DNA of 64,000 bases from Trypanosoma brucei (taxonomy: Eukaryota): contig CH464491.1 in assembly GCA_000002445.1 (NCBI GenBank), positions 2,720,001 to 2,784,000 on the forward strand, written 5' to 3'. The notes beneath the pieces were generated by a model. It had not been told where the DNA came from, made no database searches, and saw nothing but the letters and a program-made list of their open reading frames with translations. Both the position numbers and the translations under genes were made by a program. Within the stretch, counting starts at the first letter, position 1, and each line of letters begins with the position of its first letter. This document shows, one piece after another, positions 50,735 through 60,217 of this stretch.

Positions 50735-53557
50735 ATGCAATATATTATTCACGACCCACACAACTGCATTGGACCTCAGTTCCATTACAAATCCATCCTA
50801 CGACGAAGGGACGGAACTATCCCCACAGACACATTGATCGCTCGAAATATAGCAGCCAATTCTGTGCCATCTGGCATCGATGGCGCCGTTAACTTAGCTC
50901 AGCACTCGCAGAGGGACGGTTTACCATTGGTGACTAATGGTCACGGCGGGCCCGCATCAAATCGCTCGGCGTCAGTGAAGGTCAAGCAAAGGGGTGAAGA
51001 GGGCTTTCACAAGGTAGAAATGACAAAAGGTAGAAAGTTTCTCACACCAAGACGTGATCCACCGCTTAGTCGCGTCCGTCATGGACTAAAACTGAGGGCG
51101 GCCAGTACGGTTTTTTCAAGCCCACTGCGCAAACTGCGAACTGCTACTGCATCTTTGAGCGAAGGAGAGTCGGGCTTCGCAACGGCTCTGGACGAATTAA
51201 CTGTAAAGCCTATTCACGTGGTCCGATTGCGGGACGTGGATGGACAAGTGCTTGACGTGCAATGTGACTCTGTCGGGGACTCGCCCATAGCGTCACTTAT
51301 ACCTGGAGGTGGCGTAAATGATGGGAGCTGTTTCACTTTACATCTTCTTTACGATGGCGCGCCACCTCTCACAAGTTCAGCTGCCACGACCCCCACAAGA
51401 CATCTAGCAGGTGCAAGTGCTGCCTTCTCCCGCTGGTATCGGTACTCCACAGCCGCAACTCTGTACCTTGCGTTGGTGGATGCGGGATTTTGTGACAGGT
51501 TCGTCCCCCTTCTGTCGGTTCAATGGATTCACTGGAAGGAGCTGCTGCAGCACCAGGTGCACCTTCGGTTGGACCTGATGTCCAATCCACCAACGCGACA
51601 CATGTGCTTTCCGTGTCTCGGAAACGGTAAGAATGAAAAGGTACCGGTCGCTGTGTCCTTACCGATGACAATGAAGGGTAAGCTGCGGCGTATCTACAAC
51701 TGCGGAGTCCCACCATCCATTTGCTCTAGCCCATTTACAGACGCTGAGGTATTCCAACTATTTTATATCCAACTTATATTCCGGGCCGCTTATGATGTTG
51801 TATTTAGCGACATGATGCTGGGCGACGATGACGACATCCTTCGGACTGATCGTATAGCTGTGCAGACGAGCGGAAGGCAACCGCTGGCGTTTGAACATCC
51901 AGTTATGGTAGACAAGTGGCTGATGTTTCCTCCAAGGTCAAAGATATTATACTTCACCTGTTTTGACCATGCCGTCATTCCCCACTTCACCTCCCCTGCT
52001 CGTTGGCGCCAAGTAAAGAAGCAGCGTTTGTTTGGTGCGTCACCGCGGCTGCAGTGTCAGGGTACCTTGGGGAAACATGTTGTGACAGAGTGGGCTATGC
52101 ATCGCAACGTCGACGATCCGAAGGATGCACTCGCTGCACTGGAGGAGCTATTTGGACTTTTTGAACCATCCTTTGGTGTTGGTCGAGCCTCTGTGTGGCA
52201 GTCTGCCATCCCCCCACGTATTTACCGTTGCAGCGTAAGTGCTTTCGAACGTCTGCGGGCAAATAATAGTGATTTGGGACCTCTCCTTGTGTGTGCATCT
52301 TGTCCCACAGAGTCGGTGTCTCCAAATAAAAGTAAACCCAGAGAGGAGAAGGAACCAGGGGCTGAGCCTCCAGGTGTGCAGGAACCAGGGGAAGAAGAGT
52401 CTGTAATACAGCGCTGGAGGCAGTACTTGAAATGCGGCGATGTGACAACATTTGAGGGCCCGGTGGACTCAATTAAAATTGTGCGCTACCTCGGGAGCGG
52501 CGGAAGCAGCCTGGTGTATGAAGGCAGGTATGGCCCAAACAGCATTCCTGTGGCAGTTAAATGCTTCATTATCCCATGTGATATGTCCCACGAAGACTAC
52601 GTTAAGGAATCACTGACGAGCGTAGCGTTTCTTCTCTTTTTCAATCAGATGGAAAAGTACGGTATTGGGAAATATATTCATATGTATGATTTTGTGATTA
52701 GCTCCGTGCCTCCCAGCAATATGTCGATAGAGGATCTCAAAACATGTACACGAGTGTCAGATCCCGCCGGTGAGTGGCCGAAACTCTGTTATCTCGCAAC
52801 CACTCTGATGGATGGCGTTATTGGTAGATTTCTCACAGAGGAGGACGACGACTTCGATCCCTGCTACGACACCCTTGTAAACTCTCCACTGTGTGACGGG
52901 GAAATCTTTCAGTTTTTGTATATGCAACTCGTGTTGCGCGCACTGTTCGACTGCACAATACTAGATTTGATGTTAAATGGACAACTTCGTGGGGATAATC
53001 TTGGCTTCGCTCACCTTCGTCGTACCGACACCGACGGAACCTTGATGCAATCGTTCAAGGGTTTGTTCGCCATTTTTCAACCGGATAACGATACGAAGCC
53101 CCAATATTTGTGTTTCCCGGCGAGCACCAACCCCGCCGCAGGCGCGAAAACTTCCTTACGTCTTATCAACTTCATCGATTTTGGACAAGGGAAGCAGCCA
53201 GATCTGCAGGAGCTAACACGACGTGGTCTCATTGGTGAAACCATTGTTGAATCGTGTATTCAAGATGATGGATTTGGCCGTTATTGGCCACTCGACCGCC
53301 TTTATTGTCAATATGTCGATACTAGCGGCAGTGTTGCTCGTCAGGCAGTTGATTGGGGAGCTCACGTAAGTGTTGGCACTCCTGAAGCCTCCGAAGCTGC
53401 AGTGAAGGCGCTGTTTGACATATTTGTTCCGGCATATGGCGTAGACGCCCCAACGGAGGAGGAGCTTGAAGGACACATCATCTTCCGCTGGACACCCGAA
53501 AATGTGGAAAAATTGCGTCGTAGCAGTAGTGAATTGGTCATTCCTCCCATTGAGTAA
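50735..53557 (+). CDS. Protein with two tandem degenerate protein-kinase-like domains (predicted pseudokinase), 940 aa
   Basis: The C-terminal half has LGSGGSSLVYEG (Gly loop), PVAVKCF (beta-3 Lys), ILDLMLNGQL (a catalytic-loop analogue of HRDLKPEN with Lys replaced by Met) and INFIDFGQG (DFG). The N-terminal half carries a paralogous block FQLFYIQLIFRAAYDVVFSDMMLGDDDD aligned to FQFLYMQLVLRALFDCTILDLMLNGQ. Confidence 0.6.
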   Translation: MQYIIHDPHNCIGPQFHYKSILRRRDGTIPTDTLIARNIAANSVPSGIDGAVNLAQHSQRDGLPLVTNGHGGPASNRSASVKVKQRGEEGFHKVEMTKGRKFLTPRRDPPLSRVRHGLKLRAASTVFSSPLRKLRTATASLSEGESGFATALDELTVKPIHVVRLRDVDGQVLDVQCDSVGDSPIASLIPGGGVNDGSCFTLHLLYDGAPPLTSSAATTPTRHLAGASAAFSRWYRYSTAATLYLALVDAGFCDRFVPLLSVQWIHWKELLQHQVHLRLDLMSNPPTRHMCFPCLGNGKNEKVPVAVSLPMTMKGKLRRIYNCGVPPSICSSPFTDAEVFQLFYIQLIFRAAYDVVFSDMMLGDDDDILRTDRIAVQTSGRQPLAFEHPVMVDKWLMFPPRSKILYFTCFDHAVIPHFTSPARWRQVKKQRLFGASPRLQCQGTLGKHVVTEWAMHRNVDDPKDALAALEELFGLFEPSFGVGRASVWQSAIPPRIYRCSVSAFERLRANNSDLGPLLVCASCPTESVSPNKSKPREEKEPGAEPPGVQEPGEEESVIQRWRQYLKCGDVTTFEGPVDSIKIVRYLGSGGSSLVYEGRYGPNSIPVAVKCFIIPCDMSHEDYVKESLTSVAFLLFFNQMEKYGIGKYIHMYDFVISSVPPSNMSIEDLKTCTRVSDPAGEWPKLCYLATTLMDGVIGRFLTEEDDDFDPCYDTLVNSPLCDGEIFQFLYMQLVLRALFDCTILDLMLNGQLRGDNLGFAHLRRTDTDGTLMQSFKGLFAIFQPDNDTKPQYLCFPASTNPAAGAKTSLRLINFIDFGQGKQPDLQELTRRGLIGETIVESCIQDDGFGRYWPLDRLYCQYVDTSGSVARQAVDWGAHVSVGTPEASEAAVKALFDIFVPAYGVDAPTEEELEGHIIFRWTPENVEKLRRSSSELVIPPIE

Positions 53558-54811
53558 AGGTACTGCCTGCCTTTTTCTTTTTCTTTTCCCTCCCCTAGTT
53601 AAACTAAGGTATCAGTAGACGTATTGTCTTCCTCTTTATTCATCCACAGCGCATTATGCTTGGGTACATATCAGTGGTTAGTAATAACCTCAATAAGTCG
53701 GAGATGCATGATGTGGCTTGTAATTGTTTCCCAATGTGATTTTGTTGCCATTTGTACCCTGTTTCTTTTACAACTTTTTTGTTGTTTTCTCTTTCGGTGG
53801 GTAGTGTATTTTTATTTCTTTCTTCCCTCAATGTTCCTCCTTTCTGTTCCTCTCATTCATGGTTTTTAATATCCGATTGTTATCGCTTTGTTTCTCACCA
53901 TTGAAAGAGGAGGGAGGAAGAGGAAAAAAAAAAGCTGTATTATATTCTCCGTTACTGCCATTCATATTACTGATATTTTTGCCAAAACTGCATTCTCCCT
54001 GTTTTTTTTCTTATTTTCCCAACCTCATTTTTTTTCTTTTTTGTTCTTCAGTGGCTCTGTTCGTCTGTTTCTGGAGCTGTGTGTTTGTTTTGTTTTGTTT
54101 TTTGGTATTGCTGTTGTTTTAATTGTTTCGTTCCGTACAGATATGTTCTGAATTCTCAGACGTTATTTCCCCCCTCCGCCTCGCCGCTACAGTTTATGAG
54201 GGGGCGAAACGCGAATGAATTTAATAATATATAAGTAAAAAAAAAATGCAAACGAATGAGCTACACTAACCGACACTAGTTTAGTTTCGGAAAGGACCAG
54301 ATGGCATCAGTAATATTTTTGTTTTTTTTTTTTACTTTGTGTATTATACTTGATAGCACCTTTCCTCCTCTTCCCCGACGAACAAACAAACGGAAAAATC
54401 AATGACCATATAATTAGTTAGTAAATTGATTTTTAAAAAATCAATTAAAAGGGGAAAGAGATTCACCTGTACCGTGTGAATGTTTGAATATTTGCGTGGA
54501 GGAAATAAAAAAAAAGAAAAGGAACCGATGCGTTGGAACCTTTTGCTTGGAGAAACCTCCCCCTTCTCCTCTTCTATCCTTCATCATGTTAAACCGAAAG
54601 AATAAATAAGACAAATGTATGTGTTTTTTTCTTTTTAAAAAAAATGTAGAGATACGTACACTCAAGTTTACATAGCATATTATTTTACATTGATTCATGG
54701 CAAACTTATCGTTTCCTCCGATATTCTTCTTTTATTCAAAAAATAATGATATTTAAAATAGCCAGATGGAAGAAATGAAGTGGAAGTGGAGGAGGGGGAG
54801 ACTTCGTAGTG

Positions 54812-54854
<43 letters not shown>

Positions 54855-54859
54855 TTTGT
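54812..54859. repeat. (TA)n microsatellite, the longest of many in the spacers
   Basis: Direct reading: tatataaatatatatatatatatatatatatatatttatatat. Similar (TA)n runs occur at 807-831, 14399-14416, 15075-15097, 24766-24785, 29489-29511, 38224-38247 and 55233-55250. Confidence 0.9.
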
Positions 54860-55278
54860 TTTACAGCTATAGTGATGTCGTTGCCGCTGCAAAACTTTGT
54901 GTTTCTTTGCAGTGAAACTGCCACAGGCTTTATCTGTGATTGACTGATGTAACTTTTAGTGCTTCTCTCATATATTTGGTTAATTTATCTTTTTTTTCTT
55001 CTGTTCTTTTTTTTTTCTTTTTGGAAGGGGGTTATTCCTCTTGAATTTTGTACTTTGAGAGGAACCTGTGGAGGAAAAAGGAGGGCTCAGTAGATAACCG
55101 TTTCCTTCAACCGGACGCCGAGAAGCTGTAAAAAAGAAAAAAAAGAGAGAAGAGAGAAGGAAAAGAGGTGAAAGAGGCAGGCAGACGGACAGGAAAAGAT
55201 TATAACAAGCAAACACATATATTTGTGAACAATATATATATATATAAATATATTATTTTGTATTCCGTAGTGGCGCTC

Positions 55279-55854
55279 ATGGAGGACGAACCGACTCAAA
55301 TCCTTCTCACCAGAGAACAGTTGGAGCGAAGTGTGGAACGCCTTAGCAAACCCCATTCGCGTGAGGTGAATTTGAAACCACTCTGCAAATCCGTTCGACT
55401 CCCACAAGAGGCGAGGGAGCGCAGTATTAAACATCTTTACAATGATTCCATGGAGCACAAGGAAAGACGGCTCCGTGAGATTGAGCAAAGCCTCAATGCA
55501 GAAATAGAAAAGTACCACGCGGGGAAACCAAAGCTCGACTCGGCGGATACGGAGGGTTTAGTATCGCGTCTGTATAATGAATCCATTCAGCGAAAGAATG
55601 ATAATTTAAGACAGTTGTTTGAGCACCAGGTTTCCCTCTCACGCCCTAAAGAAAAGAAACTGAAAAAGGCAGAGCAGCAGGAGTTTGTTACACGCCTTTA
55701 CCAAGGAGGTATGGAACATAACCGAAAGAAACATATTGCATTATTTGAGGAACATGTCTTGGCGAGAGAACCAAAAATGGCGCAGCGAAGTCCGGAGGAT
55801 CTCGAGATTGCTTGTAGTAAACTAACAAGTGGCAAGAGTGTTACCGATGACTAA
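55279..55854 (+). CDS. Small hypothetical protein with three internal repeats (about 190 aa). The ORF-track start at 55168 lies in a purine-rich spacer; the start is taken as the ATG at 55279.
   Basis: Three related segments: HLYNDSMEHKERRLREIEQ, RLYNESIQRKNDNLRQLFEHQ and TRLYQGGMEHNRKKHIALFEEH. Confidence 0.45.
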   Translation: MEDEPTQILLTREQLERSVERLSKPHSREVNLKPLCKSVRLPQEARERSIKHLYNDSMEHKERRLREIEQSLNAEIEKYHAGKPKLDSADTEGLVSRLYNESIQRKNDNLRQLFEHQVSLSRPKEKKLKKAEQQEFVTRLYQGGMEHNRKKHIALFEEHVLAREPKMAQRSPEDLEIACSKLTSGKSVTDD

Positions 55855-56964
55855 CTCTGCTGCATGCTTGAATGGGGAAAAAAAAAATCCAACAAAAAAG
55901 AAAAGGAGGGGAAGAAAGGAAATGGAAAGATACGGTTGCTGTAGGAAGAAGTGCAAAGTGACAGCAGGCAGCAAAAAAGAAAAATAGGAGGGAAAAGTGT
56001 CAATTGAAGTATTATGTATAAACAAGGAATGAAAAGAGAAGAAGTTAGTGTCGTATACGTAACCACTCAGAAAAGGGGTTACCGCTGTTACTACGACTAA
56101 AATTAGGCTATGTTTCCGTACTTGCATGTGCGTTTTTTTTGTGTGTGTGTGAGAGCACATGATTGTATATGATTGTGTTTTTGTATTTATTTATTATCTC
56201 CTCCACCCATTATTCACCTTTTTAATAACTAACGCAGTTAGAGCCTACCACTATTTCTTTGTGGATATTTTGGTATGCCCTGCGACTACGCCATTTCACC
56301 TTTAGAATCAGTTTGCCAATGGGTTTCTTTTTTTTCCATCCTCTGACTCAACGCATACATCCGGTTTGTCACGAGCATTTGTCACCTTCGCATGACTTTA
56401 TTGTTCGAATTGCTAATCATCTAAATGAATAAGTTTGTTACTGTTGGTACTCTGTATCTTTTTTCTTCCCTCTTTTTTTTTTACTTCCTTTTGTGTTTCT
56501 TGTATTTCTACCTGAAGCATAACACTAGTTCATCCAGTGCACGAAGTTTGAAAGGTGATTAAGGATTAGTTCACTCACCGCTGTTCAGTGCGCACACGCC
56601 TGTACTTTTTCACGTGCAAATGTGATGTGAGGGAGTTGAAGAGGGGAAGAAAAAGAAATATGAGGGGACATGTTGGATTTGTGCCGGTACACACTTACGT
56701 TGGAAAGTGTCATGCGTACCGCTGTGGCTGCTCGGTGCAATACACGTTTGAATGGTAATTTTTGCCTATTTTGTTATTGCTTGCTGGTGTTATTAATAAT
56801 GCTATTTATCGAGTAAGTAAATTTTTTGCGTCATTTTTCCCTTTTTTCAGTATTCCATTTGCTGCACTTATCCTTCTATCTCCTTTCCTCCCCCCCCCCT
56901 CCCGAATGTTCAAATCAACATTGTTCTGACGCAATTTCCGGAGCCACTGAAACGGAAATATTAC

Positions 56965-59661
56965 ATGAAAGTTATTACACATGAGCAAGTAGCGATGTGG
57001 CTACGTGACCATCAATGCCCCATGACTTCGTTGGAACTTTACTACGAATGGCAAGACGTGCATCATGAATTATTTCCTGCACCTCTGGTGTTTGCAGACA
57101 TGGATGGATGTGCCGCTGCGCTAACCATAAGCGCTGGTACTGTCAATATTGGCATGATGAACACACTTGTGGAGCAAAGCGTAGTGAATATGCTGCTGCT
57201 CTATAAGAGGCGGTGCGGAGCCGCTGCCGTCGCAGAGGCTGTCAAAAAAGTGATGCTGCAGTCGGAAGTGCCTGACGTCTCCGCTGAGTCGAACGTTACA
57301 AGTGGGGGTGGATCCGCAACTTCGAATACACGAGTGGTGGAGGTTGAAGATCATGGGGAAGCGCAATTGAGCCGCGTGGCGAAAGCTGAGGAAGAACTTT
57401 CAACGGTAACCTCGGTTCTTTCTGAACAACTGCCAACGCTTGTTCATGCGGTAGATCCTCTACAGAAAGATTGTCTCATTCCACTAATCAGCCTTTCTGC
57501 TACAATTAGCAGCAAGAAGAATGATCGAGTGGCGGCGCGTCTTCTTCTTCTTTCGTTGTACCTTCGCCCCAACGCCGAACACCGATCAGTAGTGGCAGGG
57601 GCTTGGGTCAGAACGCTTCAACATACACCGCGTACAGTTATGCGCCACGAAGTAATACCTGAACTCTACAATTTGGCAAACGCAAGGGCCGCAGAGCGAA
57701 GGATTTTGGCGCTAACGTGTCTCGAGTCTTTAGTCCAACTCATGGGGGAGCAAGAGGAAGATATAGTTTTTCGGCAGGCAATCTGTGAGGGCTTACTACT
57801 ACCTCTTAGTGAAGACGAGTCAAAAACTGTGCGTTACCACGTAGTGCGGTGCCTGACAGCGCTTTGGCCAACGTGCCCAAGCATAGACTTGGTTGGTGGT
57901 GTACAGTGCAATGATGAAGTGACAGAATGTCACTCCAGGTTTCTGGAGCTTCACGCGCGTTTGATGCTACACGACACCAGCGCTACCGTCAGGCGTCGAG
58001 CACTCAGAAGTATGCGTGAAAGCATCATTCCTAACCTTAAGCCACGTGTTATGTTACTCACGCATTTTATTCCGTTATTTCTGTCCCTTGTCAACAGGGA
58101 GGTGCTTGCTAGGACAAACCACGGGAAGCCCATGCCCTCCGGCTCTCACGCTACGGATATTGTAACCTCACATACCACCGCGAATGTGCTCGATGCTACG
58201 GACGAAAGTGCTGACCGAACCATCACATTACTTGCAACTCTCATTGGTGATGCGCTCACCCATTCACGAGAAGACGTTGAGGAAAGGGATGTACCGTGCG
58301 CGCGGAGTGCTTTTGCTGAAAGAAGTGGGGGTGTCCCCGGAAAGCCGGTTGTTTCCGCCGCGGTGATCAATGCTTATTTGGATGTGGTACTACCCACAAC
58401 GCGTTCGCTTCTTTTAGACCTCCACGAACACGAGACGTTGTATTCATGTGCCTGTGCCTTGGCTTCGTCGCTTGCCAGGATGGTTTCCTCTTTTAGTACA
58501 ACCGATTGGAAACGTGCGCGTGAGATGCTTCTGCTCATCATAGCGGGACGGGACGGCAGTGATGCTACCGGATGGGAGGATGCCGCCGGTGCAGGGGCAG
58601 GCAACTCAACAGTAAGCAGAGAGACCCATAAGCGATGCCTGTGTTTTTTTATAACGTTTTTAACTTGTGTGGCGGGTTTGCAAGACAAGGATGCAGGTGC
58701 TAACTCCGCTGATGTGCGAGACATCGTGAACGACGCTACCGCGCTGATGCGCGATACCATAGTTACAGGGAAAACGGAGGAGGAAGAAGAGAGGAAAAGA
58801 GTGGTGTTTCATGCTGATGCCAGGAACCGACATGATGTGTGTGGCTTTGCCTTCACATACCTCATGGCGTGCACAGATGAACCGGGTAAAACAACTGGGG
58901 CTTCGGCTGTTCTCTCCGCGTTAAACTCCCTCGCACAATCACCCGATGTTCCGGAACGCGTACTTGCACTTGCGTTGGTGGAACGTGTCAGCGCCTTAAT
59001 GGAAGACGACGGGGCACAAATGAAATACTTGTGGCCAGCGGTGCATCCCCTGATGTACGACAAGGTATTTGAAGTGACTGAGGCGGCAGTAAAGACAGCC
59101 GTCTCGATGGTGGCATTCATAACCAAACCAGAAGATCAGGAGGAGGTGCTTCAGAAGGTGTTGGACACCGTGAAAGCCGAAGGATACCTCTCGCGTCTCA
59201 GCGTTGTGTTTCTACTACACTGGTGCTCGCTCATGCGAATAATAGCTGCCGAACCGCGTGAGCAAATTCTGTACAATTACTTGGCAACGGTAGCTCAACA
59301 GTTGGCCAAAACACTGAGCCCTACTGCTGTCGTGCCCGCGGAACGATCGGGCGTGACGGGTCGATGTACAGTGGTTAGCGTCGCGGGATCTATGGAGATA
59401 CAAGAGGTTTTGCAAGCTGTGCTCACTGTCCTTGCTGCGATCCCCCATTGTGCTGTAGTAACACCCCAATTGGTAAGGTCATATCTTATTCCGAGTATCA
59501 GACTTTTGTTGGCGGTACCGTCACTTTCAGAATCTTGTCGAGTCCAGTTGAACAACATCACAAAAGAGTACGAGGCATTGCTCTTGTCAAGTGGAAAGAA
59601 GCTTCACAGTGAAGGAGGATTCTTTGAACGAATACGCAACGAAATAAAGAGGCGCTTTTAG
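56965..59661 (+). CDS. Large alpha-helical (HEAT/ARM-like) repeat protein, hypothetical
   Basis: 898-codon ORF built from repeated amphipathic helix pairs (for example ...VRYHVVRCLTALWPTCPS..., ...VRRRALRSMRESIIPNLKP..., ...ERVLALALVERVSALMEDD...). No catalytic motif. Confidence 0.5.
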   Translation: MKVITHEQVAMWLRDHQCPMTSLELYYEWQDVHHELFPAPLVFADMDGCAAALTISAGTVNIGMMNTLVEQSVVNMLLLYKRRCGAAAVAEAVKKVMLQSEVPDVSAESNVTSGGGSATSNTRVVEVEDHGEAQLSRVAKAEEELSTVTSVLSEQLPTLVHAVDPLQKDCLIPLISLSATISSKKNDRVAARLLLLSLYLRPNAEHRSVVAGAWVRTLQHTPRTVMRHEVIPELYNLANARAAERRILALTCLESLVQLMGEQEEDIVFRQAICEGLLLPLSEDESKTVRYHVVRCLTALWPTCPSIDLVGGVQCNDEVTECHSRFLELHARLMLHDTSATVRRRALRSMRESIIPNLKPRVMLLTHFIPLFLSLVNREVLARTNHGKPMPSGSHATDIVTSHTTANVLDATDESADRTITLLATLIGDALTHSREDVEERDVPCARSAFAERSGGVPGKPVVSAAVINAYLDVVLPTTRSLLLDLHEHETLYSCACALASSLARMVSSFSTTDWKRAREMLLLIIAGRDGSDATGWEDAAGAGAGNSTVSRETHKRCLCFFITFLTCVAGLQDKDAGANSADVRDIVNDATALMRDTIVTGKTEEEEERKRVVFHADARNRHDVCGFAFTYLMACTDEPGKTTGASAVLSALNSLAQSPDVPERVLALALVERVSALMEDDGAQMKYLWPAVHPLMYDKVFEVTEAAVKTAVSMVAFITKPEDQEEVLQKVLDTVKAEGYLSRLSVVFLLHWCSLMRIIAAEPREQILYNYLATVAQQLAKTLSPTAVVPAERSGVTGRCTVVSVAGSMEIQEVLQAVLTVLAAIPHCAVVTPQLVRSYLIPSIRLLLAVPSLSESCRVQLNNITKEYEALLLSSGKKLHSEGGFFERIRNEIKRRF

Positions 59662-60217
59662 TAGGTGTCTCTGTGTATTTCCTTCAATGCAGTAGGTAGG
59701 GACGCTATGAAGCAGCCGTGTCAGTTATTCCACGCGGTGTTTAGGCGTGCTACGTGTGTCAATGCGGGATTTTTAAAATTCTCCTCTCACGCCTTCCGTT
59801 ACTTCAGTGCCTCTACGTTAACACTGATGTTACATATTGGTTTACCATAATACCATTATGTCTTTCGTTACCGGATTTGTCTCGCAACAGGTTTCCCTTC
59901 TTTACAGTACGATATATCTGTGATCCTTTGTTTTGCTGCCGTTTTGGCTGTTTTTTTTTTTTTAATTCAAACGTTTAACATCCGATAATCAGTCGTCTAC
60001 GTGATTACGGTGCCAGCGATTGCTTAACTGGCGTATGGTCGTTGCATTTCCTCTTCTATTTCCTTCCCTTCTGTTTCTGTTTCCTTTTTTTTTACCTTTT
60101 ACAACAGAAGCATAAGCAGTTGGAGCCTCGGACGAAACAACTTTCGTAAACACGGGCACAGACTCGCAAATAGGGTCTACTGGGGTCAGCATTACTTTTA
60201 ATTGTTTATTATTATTT

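Noticed and set aside
54812-54859. (TA)n arrays, as well as (GT)n and other short direct repeats, considered as possible CRISPR-like or prokaryotic repeat arrays
   Set aside because: They are simple dinucleotide microsatellites with no spacer-repeat structure. The locus is eukaryotic (kinetoplastid), so CRISPR and prokaryotic defence islands are not expected and not seen.
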